A stretch of DNA of 64,000 bases from positions 15,872,001 through 15,936,000 of the forward strand of contig OZ024745.1 of NCBI GenBank assembly GCA_964016885.1. The letters are read 5' to 3'. Positions 1 through 14,525 of the stretch are shown in pieces. The number at the start of each line of letters is the position of its first letter. Position 1 is the stretch's first letter. This DNA comes from Eledone cirrhosa (lineage: Eukaryota). A program made the translations under genes and the position numbers. Under the pieces are notes generated by a model. The model was not told the origin of the DNA, did no database searches, and was given only the letters and a program-made list of their open reading frames with translations.

Positions 1-501
1 TATTTTAGGCATATGCCCTCGGGTCTTTCACAAAGCAGCTATGTGTCGAATTTCCGCAACAAAAGAAAGGGTTGCACTACAAGTATAAACAATATTACAA
101 AGAAATCGTCTCCTTAAAATCTAGCCGCGCGATAAATTTATCTTATCAGAGACAACAGAACCACTTACTATATTTAACTTCATGATAGTGGCCTAAGTAG
201 AAGGCTGTGTATAGCTTGAATGGGGGGGGGGGGGGGGGGGCTATATAGAACACACACACACACACACACACATACATATACATATATATATATAATATAT
301 TCATCTCTCTCTATATATATATATAGAGAGAGAGAGGGAATGAGAGAGTGTATATAGATAGAAGGCATGATATAGACACATGTGTGAGACTCAACAACGA
401 GAGTGTGAAAGTGTGTACAAAGGCGAAAAGATATAGATAGATATGCGTCTAAGGAGAACATGTATACAGTCGTATAGATATGCACATGTATATATATATA
501 C

Positions 502-637
<136 letters not shown>

Positions 638-700
638 GAAAGGTATAGAAAGTATTGTAGCAAGAAGCCAACAGTATTCCATAATATATATATTCTTTCT

Positions 701-811
701 AAGGCGGGTAAAATTCCCGAGATCCATGGACGAGTTATCTCCAGCGGTCTCTGTCGCTCATTATTGCTGCCATGTCCTGCGTCTCCAACAGACCAGTGTC
801 TGTCCTTAGGG

Positions 812-813
<2 letters not shown>
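701..813 (-). mobile_element. RTE-clade LINE 3' end fragment (family C) between TA tracts
   Basis: Minus strand reads [25 protein letters not shown], an RTE-like C-terminus. Near-identical copies lie at 12860-12936 and 36941-37085; the latter adds [11 protein letters not shown]. Confidence 0.7.
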
Positions 814-860
<47 letters not shown>

Positions 861-1518
861 GGAACTTAGAAGGCCAAGGCTAAACAGAAAAAAATCAATG
901 GAATAACAACAACACCCAAACAAACAATACTGACCAAAGAGAAGTATAAATAAAAAAAAAAAAAATACATACACAAGCACAATAACAACAAACACATATA
1001 AACACACACTAGTAAACTAAGATAGAATACAATAACCAATACACAGTCACCCAAACACTATACACACATGCAAACGCATGCGCAGAGAAGAAGACAACAA
1101 TAATAAATAAATAAATAAACAGACTAAATAAAGATGGCGTAGGCATACAATACAACAGGAGGAAACATAATAGCACCACTGACGATGTTGCAGATGTGCA
1201 ACGAAAGAACTTTGTTAGACTATATATATGTGTTTGTGTCTATATTATATCTGTATTTTTGACCGTTGGTCAGTCAATGGAAACATTGAGGACCGAATAA
1301 ATTAAATTAACCGATATAAAAGACACAAAAGCGAAAACCAACCAAACAGTGAGTGTGTTCTGTTATTAATTCTGGCAATATTATTACACAAATATGACCC
1401 TCCCCATGTATAACAATATTTGTTTCGACACACGATTTCATACCAAAAATCTCGCAAAACTATATATATATATAGTTATAGGAATAACCAAAGAGTGCTT
1501 AGAAATACATTGTTTTAT

Positions 1519-1568
1519 TAGCTAACAGTGTTTCATCCATACACCATGGCAGGAATCATCAGGGCCTA
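1519..1568 (-). ncRNA. Hammerhead-like motif, degenerate
   Basis: Minus strand: ggcc CTGATGA ttcc..ggat GAAAC act GTT agcta. The core is intact but stem I is imperfect. Confidence 0.45.
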
Positions 1569-1716
1569 TAAACAAGAGTATATCAATAGTTGCATGCGCC
1601 ATCGAGCTGCGTCACCAGAACAAGGTTAAAGGACCAGCAGGCATATTGATATATTTGTCAACGAAACTATATATATGTATATATATATGTATGTATATGT
1701 ATTCATATATATATAT

Positions 1717-2160
1717 ATGAATGTATATATAGTGTATTTGGAAATACACTGTATGCTTAATTAAAAGCATTTTGAAGACCTTACGCTATTGTTTTAAAGT
1801 AGTGACTATGTCACTTACTTCTTTTTTCAACAAACAAAGAAAACAATAGCGTAATGTCTTCAACATGCTTTTAATTAAGGATACAGTGTATTACCAAATA
1901 CACTATATATACATTCATATATACATCGCTATTTCAGAGCACCAATTCTAATTTTCAATTTTTGCTGGACTGGCAACCGCTCTGTATAATCAGTTCCTGA
2001 TTATTACTGGAATTCTATAAGAATGCAACACACATAATTTTCAACAAACAAAGGGAATGCTAAGCTCCGAGGAATACCAACAGTATGAAACAGAGATCTG
2101 TCAGCTTATCTCCCTTTGCTTGTTGAAAAAAGAAGTAAGTGACATAGTCAGTACTTTATA
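1717..2160. mobile_element. Family E TA-associated fold-back element
   Basis: Inverted arms ~1717-1793 and ~1841-1920. Related copies at 21219-21400 and 31397-31640 share gtgctctgaaatagcgatgta and gtgactatgtcacttac. Confidence 0.65.
2061..2108 (+). ncRNA. Type I hammerhead ribozyme with U4->C core change
   Basis: taagct CCGAGGA atac-caaca-gtat GAAA caga-ga-tct GTC agctta. Stems I, II and III all pair; stem I extends as caacaaacaaaggga/tccctttgcttgttg. Confidence 0.7.
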
Positions 2161-2737
2161 ACAATATTTGTTTCGACACACGATTTCATATCAAAAACCT
2201 TGATATGAAATCGTGTGTCGAAACAAATATTGTTATACATGGGGACGGTCATATTTGTGTAATAATATTGCCAGAATTAATAACAGAACACACTCACTGT
2301 TTGGTTGGTTTTCGCTTCTGTGGCTTTTATATCGGTTAATTTAATTTAATTTAATCGGTCCTCAATGTTACCATTGACTGACCAACGGTCAAAAATACAG
2401 ATACAATATAGACACAAACACATATATATAGTCTATCAAAGTTCTTTCGTTGCACATCTGCAACATCGTCAGTGGTGCTATTATGTTTCCTCCTGTTGCA
2501 TTGTATGCCTACGCCATCTTTATTTAGTCTGTTTATTTATTTGTTTATTTTTTGTCTTCTCTGCGCATGCGTTTGCGTGTGTGTATAGTGTTTTGTTTGA
2601 TGTGTGTTCTTGTTTGGGTGACTGTGTATTGGTTAATGTATTCTATCTTAGTTTACTAGTGTATGTTTATATGTGTTTGTTGTTATTGTGCTTGTGTATG
2701 TATTTATTTATTACACAAATATGACCCTCCCCAAGTA

Positions 2738-2824
<87 letters not shown>

Positions 2825-2938
2825 ATAATAATAAATTTGAAGACTAAAATCCAAAGAGGGCTCGATAAGGATAAATATATATCAAATATATAAGAACCGT
2901 AGAGCAAATATTTTAATAAATATTTTATATATAAATTA

Positions 2939-2991
<53 letters not shown>

Positions 2992-3046
2992 TGCCTCTTC
3001 GCTTCCAGGTTTTTTTGTTTTCTGTTCACCGTCGCAACCAACTTAA

Positions 3047-3480
<434 letters not shown>

Positions 3481-3694
3481 GTGTAAATGATTCAGTGAAT
3501 TACTGGTGGTGTTATCAAACCAAGAACTCGATGCTCAGACAGTGTATATATTAAGAACGGTGAAGTTTCGTTTACAAGTGTTTAGATTTATATTGTGTAT
3601 CGACCTCTTTCGCACGTTTCACAGAGGATTGGCTGAGGGTCACCCATAGAAGTTATTGACCTGACTCCATTATCGACCTGCTCATCAGACTGGC

Positions 3695-3802
<108 letters not shown>

Positions 3803-4030
3803 GTAATTTGATAGCTGCAGCTTGATAATGCCTATCCTTCCCATTTAGTGGTTGTTATATTCTGGTGGCGTAAGTCGAATTTGGGAGGATGGGTGGGCCG
3901 GGAATGATTTGACGAATTTGGAGGGTGAGTACGGTTTGTTTGGCAGGAGTCATGGGTAGAGGTTGGCGTTCGGCTTAGGGTGTTTGGTGAGGGTGAATAG
4001 ACTGATTGGAGCAATGACGGCCTTATTTAC

Positions 4031-4080
<50 letters not shown>

Positions 4081-4090
<10 letters not shown>

Positions 4091-7036
4091 GATCGAGTAT
4101 CGAAAAATCGGCGCACGAGTTCACGAAAAACGAAATTCGATATGAGCGGCAGAGGGCTCAATAATTCAGATGAATCAGAGCTATAACTATCGTTAAAATA
4201 CCGTCACATATAGAACAAGTCTACAATCAACCATACGATTTAAAATCGATAAAGGAAGATTCGGGCCAAACAGATAAAAAATAACAATAAAACAATACGT
4301 CAATAATTTAAATGAATGTAAAATCATACCCGGACCCACTAGAAAGGTGTTAAATCTAGCTTCATGGGTTTCTGTAAATCCTTAGACAGTACTCTATCAG
4401 CTCACATATAAATATAAAAGCCTACTAGAATAAGTGGAACGGAGTTTACGTTGTCAACGAGTTTTATCCTGGCGGCAAAGGAGTCAACTAGCGGTGAAAA
4501 ACGCACATGGCATTAGACAAGGGAGATGACCCCTATATCCGCGAAAACAATTCGAGTGAATGTGGAAATACACATATCGAATTAGAGTGCTCAATAGACA
4601 TGTTAAAATAAAACAAAAGCTATTCATCACTCAATAGAATCGACAAAAAATGAGCAATAAAATTAACTGGTGGATAGCTATGTCCAGAGCTAAATATATT
4701 AGAAAGATCGAGTATCGAAAAATCGGCGCACGAGTTCACGAAAAACGAAATTCGATATGAGCGGCAGAGGGCTCAATAATTCAGATGAATCAGAGCTATA
4801 ACTATCGTTAAAATACCGTCACATATAGAACAAGTCTACAATCAACCATACGATTTAAAATCGATAAAGGAAGATTCGGGCCAAACAGATAAAAAATAAC
4901 AATAAAACAATACGTCAATAATTTAAATGAATGTAAAATCATACCCGGACCCACTAGAAAGGTGTTAAATCTAGCTTCATGGGTTTCTGTAAATCCTTAG
5001 ACAGTACTCTATCAGCTCACATATAAATATAAAAGCCTACTAGAATAAGTGGAACGGAGTTTACGTTGTCAACGAGTTTTATCCTGGCGGCAAAGGAGTC
5101 AACTAGCGGTGAAAAACGCACATGGCATTAGACAAGGGAGATGACCCCTATATCCGCGAAAACAATTCGAGTGAATGTGGAAATACACATATCGAATTAG
5201 AGTGCTCAATAGACATGTTAAAATAAAACAAAAGCTATTCATCACTCAATAGAATCGACAAAAAATGAGCAATAAAATTAACTGGTGGATAGCTATGTCC
5301 AGAGCTAAATATATTAGAAAGATCGAGTATCGAAAAATCGGCGCACGAGTTCACGAAAAACGAAATTCGATATGAGCGGCAGAGGGCTCAATAATTCAGA
5401 TGAATCAGAGCTATAACTATCGTTAAAATACCGTCACATATAGAACAAGTCTACAATCAACCATACGATTTAAAATCGATAAAGGAAGATTCGGGCCAAA
5501 CAGATAAAAAATAACAATAAAACAATACGTCAATAATTTAAATGAATGTAAAATCATACCCGGACCCACTAGAAAGGTGTTAAATCTAGCTTCATGGGTT
5601 TCTGTAAATCCTTAGACAGTACTCTATCAGCTCACATATAAATATAAAAGCCTACTAGAATAAGTGGAACGGAGTTTACGTTGTCAACGAGTTTTATCCT
5701 GGCGGCAAAGGAGTCAACTAGCGGTGAAAAACGCACATGGCATTAGACAAGGGAGATGACCCCTATATCCGCGAAAACAATTCGAGTGAATGTGGAAATA
5801 CACATATCGAATTAGAGTGCTCAATAGACATGTTAAAATAAAACAAAAGCTATTCATCACTCAATAGAATCGACAAAAAATGAGCAATAAAATTAACTGG
5901 TGGATAGCTATGTCCAGAGCTAAATATATTAGAAAGATCGAGTATCGAAAAATCGGCGCACGAGTTCACGAAAAACGAAATTCGATATGAGCGGCAGAGG
6001 GCTCAATAATTCAGATGAATCAGAGCTATAACTATCGTTAAAATACCGTCACATATAGAACAAGTCTACAATCAACCATACGATTTAAAATCGATAAAGG
6101 AAGATTCGGGCCAAACAGATAAAAAATAACAATAAAACAATACGTCAATAATTTAAATGAATGTAAAATCATACCCGGACCCACTAGAAAGGTGTTAAAT
6201 CTAGCTTCATGGGTTTCTGTAAATCCTTAGACAGTACTCTATCAGCTCACATATAAATATAAAAGCCTACTAGAATAAGTGGAACGGAGTTTACGTTGTC
6301 AACGAGTTTTATCCTGGCGGCAAAGGAGTCAACTAGCGGTGAAAAACGCACATGGCATTAGACAAGGGAGATGACCCCTATATCCGCGAAAACAATTCGA
6401 GTGAATGTGGAAATACACATATCGAATTAGAGTGCTCAATAGACATGTTAAAATAAAACAAAAGCTATTCATCACTCAATAGAATCGACAAAAAATGAGC
6501 AATAAAATTAACTGGTGGATAGCTATGTCCAGAGCTAAATATATTAGAAAGATCGAGTATCGAAAAATCGGCGCACGAGTTCACGAAAAACGAAATTCGA
6601 TATGAGCGGCAGAGGGCTCAATAATTCAGATGAATCAGAGCTATAACTATCGTTAAAATACCGTCACATATAGAACAAGTCTACAATCAACCATACGATT
6701 TAAAATCGATAAAGGAAGATTCGGGCCAAACAGATAAAAAATATAAATAAAACAATACGTCAATAATTTAAATGAATGTAAAATCATACCCGGACCCACT
6801 AGAAAGGTGTTAAATCTAGCTTCATGGGTTTCTGTAAATCCTTAGACAGTACTCTATCAGCTCACATATAAATATAAAAGCCTACTAGAATAAGTGGAAC
6901 GGAGTTTACGTTGTCAACGAGTTTTATCCTGGCGGCAAAGGAGTCAACTAGCGGTGAAAAACGCACATGGCATTAGACAAGGGAGATGACCCCTATATCC
7001 GCGAAAACAATTCGAGTGAATGTGGAAATACACATA
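4081..7036. repeat. 615-bp tandem array, ~4.8 near-identical copies
   Basis: atattagaaagatcgag recurs at 4081, 4696, 5311, 5926 and 6541. The array starts at a (TA)n tract and ends fused to a family A fragment. Confidence 0.95.
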
Positions 7037-7529
7037 AAGAGGGCTCGATAAGGATAAATATATATCAAATATATAAGAACCGTAGAGCAAATATTTATTA
7101 AAATAACAGATTGAAGTTTAAGCAAAGAATCGCTGCTTTCACCCTTAATATATATATTTCTCTGGAAACTTCTGATTACAACATCACAGTTCTTCACACA
7201 AACTATTTGAGGTTCTTCCTATTTATTATCACAGAGAACATTTGCTAACTTTTTTTTTGTTCACAACAAACGTTCCTATGCATACATCTATATCTATACA
7301 TCTGTATACACTTACTCCCTATATATATACCTCAATCTATACACATGTATTCACTTTCTCTCTTTACATATATTTGTGTCTATACGTCTATATACACTCT
7401 CACACAACACACTCTCCCTATACAAGTCTATATCTATAGGTCTATATACATTCCCTCATTCTATATATATACATGTCTATAACTAAACGTCTATATAAGC
7501 CCTCTATTCCTTTAAATATTAATATATAT

Positions 7530-7640
<111 letters not shown>

Positions 7641-8008
7641 AAAAGTTAGCAAATGTTCTCTGTGATAAGAAATAGGAAGAACCTCAAATAGTTTGTGTGA
7701 AGAACTGTGATGTTATAATCAGAAGTTTCCAGAGAAAACATCACTCAAGCATTATCTTTCTTCAAGACATTGGGTATTGGAAAAGTAATATTTTGTAATA
7801 TTTGGTCTCACCCCTTCAAAGAACTGTTTCGACAAAAATGTTAAAGAAATATCTTTGAAAAGCTCCAGTTAAAACTTCTAACAGATGTAAACCCAGATCT
7901 ACTGCAGTTTCCTGTGATGGAGAATAAAATGTATTATATTGTAGTAGAAATTAGGAAATACAAGTATTGGCCATGAAAGAGGTGTGAAGATGAAGAAGGG
8001 TCTATCTA

Positions 8009-8203
8009 CAAGGGTCGGCTGAAAAGTTCATAGGCAGACCATAGTACTCTCATGGCATGACAACATGAGGTTTATTTTTCAACACAGTCCCTGCAAAGAA
8101 ACAATGTAATAATTATAAGAAAAGTTGAAATAATGCATGCAAGAATTCACAGCTCTAGCATCATCCTTCAAAGCCAGCTTGTGAAATTTTCAGCTGAACC
8201 TCG
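8009..8203. mobile_element. Mariner-type MITE remnant
   Basis: TA|caagggtcggctgaaaagttca at the left and tgaaattttcagctgaacctcg at the right form imperfect TIRs. Confidence 0.55.
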
Positions 8204-8659
8204 CAAATCATCTTGGTATTTCTCGTAGTAAGAAATATCGATACATTTAGTGAAAATTATTGGCTCAGAATAATTAAATTATTTTTGCTTGTCGCCAGAT
8301 CAGCCCTGATCGAGGACAAAAGCTTTTCAGCTGGGACCATCCCCTATTTTCGTATATTCAATAAATCTTATGTGCTCCCTCTTTTTTATGGCAACATGGT
8401 ATCATTTTTTTAAAGATTTGGCTGCTGTTTCTTGTCGGTAGAGAAAGAACCGTGTGAAGGAGTTCGTTAGATTCTAATCCAATTACGAAGATGGCGTTGT
8501 GCGTTCAAAACAGTCGCAGACATGATTCAGTGGTTCAGATGTTCCCTTCGCAAAAAGTGCTAGAAAATGCAGCCGGACATTTTATCAGAGAAGTATGTTG
8601 CGATTCTGACCCTCAATAAACAGAAAACATTCATAAATTATTTTCTGATAACATCAAAT

Positions 8660-9140
8660 GAGCTTCAGCATGCAGTAATTAGATGACGGGAGTTAGGCGT
8701 AAAAGCCAAAGTCGTTAGCTTTAATTCGGTATTCGTGTCAACTCTTACCTTTGGTCATTGATCTTGAATTATGACTGAAAGAATACGATCGTGAATACAA
8801 GCGGCAGAAATGTTGTTCCTCCAAAGGGTCTTTAGAGTAATGTTACACGACAGACTACGTAACTCGGAGATGAGTGAGTCACTCCAGGTAGAGCCGCTAC
8901 TTCTCTGAATTAAGAGATCACAACTCCTATACTATGGACATGTGGTTAGAATGTCTCAGGAAAGAATCGCTGGACAGGTTTTACAGACAAAACCAACTGG
9001 CATGAGACCCAGGGATAGACCCTGAGCAAGATGGTTGGATAATATCAATGGGCTTGGTTGGTCACGCTTGGGGATTCTGCTGGATCAATCGGAGATGGTT
9101 GGTTCCGACAGGACCCGCCGGAAAGAGTGGAAAGGAATAA
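8660..9140 (+). pseudogene. Degenerate RTE LINE 3' coding remnant
   Basis: Reads TLTFGH*S*IMTERIRS*IQAAEM..., ...YGHVVRMSQERI and RPRDRP*ARWLDNI, with stops. Confidence 0.75.
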
Positions 9141-9210
9141 AGTGGGCGAAAAAAAAAATGATCAAGTCTGGATTGTTTGTGAGTAGAGACTGCAGAAGCT
9201 CAATATATAT

Positions 9211-9241
<31 letters not shown>

Positions 9242-9729
9242 TTAATACAATAACAGAGATAGCTTAAAGCTAAACTCTGACTGGTAACCATCTCACTCAA
9301 CAAACATTAGGTTATATGTTAGTATAAACCTAATTTAAGTGTTTGGGGTGCTACCTATATGTATTTTGTGGAAAGCCAGTTGTATTATTTTATGAGATAT
9401 AATTAAAGTTATAATATATCTCTCTTTCCAAACAATTGTTTCATTATAAGTTTTCTACAAATTAGGAGATTGTTTCCAGTTTATGTAGAAGCCTAACATA
9501 TATTCATGTAAGAATATATTTAGGTGGGGGCTTATAAATCATCAGTGGAAGCCCATTAAACTTTGATATAAGGAAAAATTCTTACCGCAGTTAAAAATCG
9601 TGTCTGCTAAGCTGCTCCCTCACGCATCGAATGACCGCCAAATTTGAAATTCCAGCAGTTTTTGACTGAGGAAGGATTATAGCATCACGAAGCGGGAAGG
9701 GGAGACAACCAATACACGAGAAAAGAAAA

Positions 9730-10110
9730 AATAATATTCACGCGGATTAATTAGTTTTTTCAAAAACATTATCAATCCAACGTGTTAAGAACTCAATTGA
9801 AGTTAAAAAAATAAATGCATGCGTGTATTAATTACACACGCATATAGATATTTTCTTAGGCTAAAAACAGAAGTCGTACCTGAATAACAAACCGCAACTC
9901 ATAACCGTAGTAAATACGCTTTAAAGGACAATCGGGAATGTAAATCTCTGGCCGAATTAAGAGTAAAATATTAAATATACGCGGGTTAATTAGTTATTTC
10001 AAAACTAATATCAATTCTACGTGTTAAGAACTCAATTAATTAAAAAAAATAAAAATATGCATGTAATTATTTACACAGGCATATATATATTTTCTTAGGC
10101 TAAAAACAGA
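9730..10110. repeat. Diverged tandem duplication, period ~240 bp
   Basis: cgtgttaagaactcaatt at 9781 and 10020; ttttcttaggctaaaaacag at 9851 and 10090. Confidence 0.7.
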
Positions 10111-10225
10111 GAAGTAACAACCAAAAAACCATCATATCGCACAACAGTAATAAATACGGAAAGTCATATTTATAAGGTAGTAAGTATGTTTTGAAACAGT
10201 GAGCAGGTTTGAAATTAGAAAATAG

Positions 10226-10444
10226 AATAGCTTTCACCGTATTTTTGACTAAAGGAATTTTAGCCCGATAAAGGGGTTTAGAACCCTCAGATAAATGGAA
10301 AAAGATGAGTATTGACGTACGTTCCCGAGATCCATGGATGAGTTCTCTCCTATGTACGTCAATACTCATCTTTTTTCATTTATCTGAGGGTTCTAAACCC
10401 CTTTATCAGGCTAAAATTCCTTTAGTCAAAAATACGGTGAAAGC

Positions 10445-10448
<4 letters not shown>
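10226..10448. mobile_element. Family D fold-back element with ~95-bp arms
   Basis: 10226-10320 is the reverse complement of 10354-10448, and the right end abuts (TA)n. A second diverged copy lies at 47037-47165. Confidence 0.8.
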
Positions 10449-10541
<93 letters not shown>

Positions 10542-10729
10542 GATAAATCTACCAAAAGTTTACGGTAGTGTCCAATCCGTATGAAGAACTCAATGTAATC
10601 CGGATATCATGAAAAGGGAAGATGTATTCAAAAACTACTTTCGGTGAAAAATAAACGGAAAACAGAGTCAAGATAAATTAATAAAATAATGAATAAACTA
10701 AGAAACAGTTCCTTATATTAAAAAGAATT

Positions 10730-10869
10730 CATCATTTTACGATCGTTTCTAGGATATATATGTGTTAGAGTTGGTATGCATATTCTATAGATCTATGTAC
10801 AATATTTATACAAACTATCAGAGGGAATATACATACCTACACATATATATGCTGTCTTCAGAAATAATG
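10730..10869 (-). ncRNA. Type I hammerhead ribozyme with long stem II
   Basis: Reverse complement of the motif at 12635-12774. Confidence 0.7.
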
Positions 10870-11047
10870 ATATTTGTTTATTGAAAAAAACAAAGATTCA
10901 ATACAATAGGTCTGTTTGGGAACAGGTTTTGAATTGACCAATCAGGAGATAGTGAGGGTCAAGATAGTAATATAATGAAATAATGAAATCTAAGGATATC
11001 CTATTAAATAAGCGACAGGAATTAATAATATCGTGTAATCATAAACC

Positions 11048-11275
11048 TTTAAATATTATAAACCTAATTAATATACACTTTAGAAATTAATATATAAATT
11101 ATTTTTAATTTAGTTAACCTATAATTAATATTCTACTACTGATGAACTACATAATTCTGCTTTAAATATTATAAACCTAATTAATATACACTTTAGAAAT
11201 TAATATATAAACTATTTTTAATTTAGTTAACCTATAATTAATATTCTACTACTGATGAACTACATAATTTTGCTT
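11048..11275. repeat. 113-bp tandem duplication
   Basis: tttaaatattataaacctaatt...actgatgaactacataatt occurs twice, at 11048 and 11161. Confidence 0.85.
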
Positions 11276-11330
11276 TCCTTCTTACAAATATCATTTCCTA
11301 AAACTGATACCATTAAGTAAACATATATAA

Positions 11331-11484
11331 TTGTTTCTACTTTAGGCACAAGGCCAGCAATTATCCCAGTGTATTACTGGTACTTTATTTTATCGACCCC
11401 GTAAGGATGAAAGGCAAAGTCAACCTCGGCGGGATTTGAACTCAGATGGTAAAGGGACGTAACCACGCTGGAAAGCATGGCGTA
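11331..11484 (-). mobile_element. tRNA-derived SINE, partial
   Basis: ctggtactttattttatcgaccccgtaaggatgaaaggcaaagtcaacctcggcgggatttgaactcag, with the B box on the minus strand. Copies at 30083-30175, 36058-36152, 44555-44650 and 60712-60902. Confidence 0.8.
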
Positions 11485-11659
11485 AGTATAAGTAAACATA
11501 TATAATGCTTTAACTTCAGGTTATGACTCTATGTTCCTTGAAAACTATATATATTTACTATTTCTCACTAATAAATTTAATCCCCCCCTCCAATAATTAT
11601 ATGTATATATAAGTGTGTATGTGTGTGTATATATATGTGTATGTATGTATATATGCATG

Positions 11660-11759
<100 letters not shown>

Positions 11760-11814
11760 TGTGTATGTGTGTGTGTGTATGTGTATATATATGTATATAT
11801 ATATATATATATAA

Positions 11815-11855
<41 letters not shown>

Positions 11856-11867
11856 TGTATGTGTATA

Positions 11868-11964
<97 letters not shown>

Positions 11965-12634
11965 ATGTGTATATATATGTATATATATATATATGTGTAT
12001 AAGTATATATATATATATATTATTTTTATATTCTTTTAATTTCCCCTCATCTTTAACAGCACTTTTCAACTGCATCTAACTCTTATTTATCATATCTATA
12101 TGTATTAGTATAATTTTATCAATATAAATATACCCATCAATTAAATTAATTTTATATTCTTTTCATAGATGTATTTTTTTCACTTAACATTCTTATCTTA
12201 AAACTTTGGTCACCTTAGATATTTGTATTGGCATTACTATTTTATAACAGCAACTGCTTGTATACCATTTACTGACCACCTGACCTATTTTCACCCCTAA
12301 AATAAGCTTCAATTACTACTATTTTACCATTTAGCCAATTATTAACTTTCTATTGGTTAACTCTAAACCTCTTACCAAACAGACAGAATATATTAGATCT
12401 TTGTTGGTTTTATTCAATGAACAAATAAAATTATTTCTGAGGTCAGCAAAATAATCCTTCATTCATAATATTCTTTTCCATCCAAAACTGAAATCTACCT
12501 TCCTCTACCCATAATTTAAGGTTCTTCTACTACTATATTACTATCTTGACCCTCACTATCTCCTGATTGGTCAATTCAAAACCTGTTCCCAAACAGACCT
12601 ATTGTATTGAATCTTTTTTTCAATAAACAAATAT

Positions 12635-12774
12635 CATTATTTCTGAAGACAGCATATATATGTGTAGGTATGTATATTCCCTCTGATAGTTTGTATAAAT
12701 ATTGTACATAGATCTATAGAATATGCATACCAACTCTAACACATATATATCCTAGAAACGATCGTAAAATGATG
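12635..12774 (+). ncRNA. Type I hammerhead ribozyme with long stem II
   Basis: cattattt CTGAAGA ca..atatatatgtgt...acacatatatat..ta GAAAC gatc GTA aaatgatg. Stem I is 8 bp and stem III is palindromic. Confidence 0.7.
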
Positions 12775-12824
12775 AATTTTTTTTAATATAAGGAACTGTT
12801 TCTTAGTTTATTCATTATTTTATT

Positions 12825-12860
<36 letters not shown>

Positions 12861-13014
12861 GGGCGGGTAAAATTCCCGAGATCCATGGACGAGTTCTCTC
12901 CAGCGGTCTCTGCCCCTCATTATCGCTGCCATGTCCTATATATATCAAGGGCGGTTCCCGAGCATGGCCTCAGCCGGATGGCTGGAACAGATAAAAGTGT
13001 AAAAGAATATAAAA

Positions 13015-13050
<36 letters not shown>

Positions 13051-13261
13051 CTTTTCCTTCTTGTTGTTTACTTGTCTCACTCGCTTTACGCGTTTCACTT
13101 GTCCCAATAGCATATTTTAGTTATTGCTCGCACCAACCTGAGGTATCTGATTTTTAATGCGATGAAATACTAATGATGGTTGGCAAATCACTGATGAGGG
13201 ACTAATTTTATAATATGTAATCCATGTGCAACCACGCAGTATTCCTCTCCCCTTGTTTTTC

Positions 13262-13339
<78 letters not shown>

Positions 13340-13482
13340 AAGTGATTGTATGTGTGTACTTACGTATATGTGTATGTATGTATGTTTGTATGTTTGTATG
13401 TACGTATGCATGCGTATGATGTGTATGATATTGTCATATATACCCATCCACCTCAGATTCTCTCTCTCTCTCTCTCTCTTTC

Positions 13483-13548
<66 letters not shown>

Positions 13549-13948
13549 CATGTCCACTTCAGCGACTGTTCATATATTTAAACTAATGCATATACCACAC
13601 ATATGCTCTCAGATATATACTCATACGCTGACAGCCCAATCCCACAAACAAAAATATATATAGACACACATACATGTATATACATACTTGTACACACATA
13701 CACACATACATGTACACACATACACACACGGCATACACAAACGCAAACCCACATACGCACATATACACAAACCCACATTCACACATATACGCATATATAC
13801 ATACGTACATATATATTTACCAAGCTATATTTTAAAATAAAATTACTGAGGGTAATTTATTTGACTTGGGAAATTTGGGTTCATTAAACCCAGAGGCAAT
13901 GGAGTAGAGTTAGATTTATGTACTGCTATCTGGTGTGTCTAGGTGTGT

Positions 13949-14003
<55 letters not shown>

Positions 14004-14034
14004 TATATACACACACACACACATATATATATAC

Positions 14035-14068
<34 letters not shown>

Positions 14069-14113
14069 GCATATATATATATATATACATATATTTATGT
14101 ATATATACATATA

Positions 14114-14150
<37 letters not shown>

Positions 14151-14283
14151 TATAAATTATGCATATACATATACACATACACACATATATATACACACAC
14201 ATATATATATATATATACACATATATATATATATATATATACATATATATATACATATATATATATACGCATAAATGCATATA

Positions 14284-14316
<33 letters not shown>

Positions 14317-14396
14317 GAGAGACGTAAAATAATAAAATTATAAAATTTAGCATAGGTATGCATCTGTGTATATATATGTTACTAGATATACTAATT

Positions 14397-14471
<75 letters not shown>

Positions 14472-14488
14472 CACAAACACACACACAA

Positions 14489-14525
<37 letters not shown>

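Larger units (their letters stand above)
859..2741. mobile_element. Inverted pair of a ~550-600 bp non-coding element (family F): 859-1460 and 2157-2741
   Basis: ~965-1445 is the reverse complement of ~2195-2702. Both outer ends abut (TA)n, with small fold-backs at 2157-2240 and 2708-2741. Contains GAAACAAATATTGTTA, an HHR-like 3' half. Confidence 0.75.

Noticed and set aside
1173-1215. CTGACGA..GAAA hammerhead-like motif in family F (mirror at ~2445-2478)
   Set aside because: Stem II pairs, but the triplet would be CUU and stem I is only ~2 bp.
4358-4405. Possible HHR in the 615-bp unit (minus CTGATAGA...GAAACCC)
   Set aside because: Core spacing is wrong and there is no stem I, stem III or NUH site.
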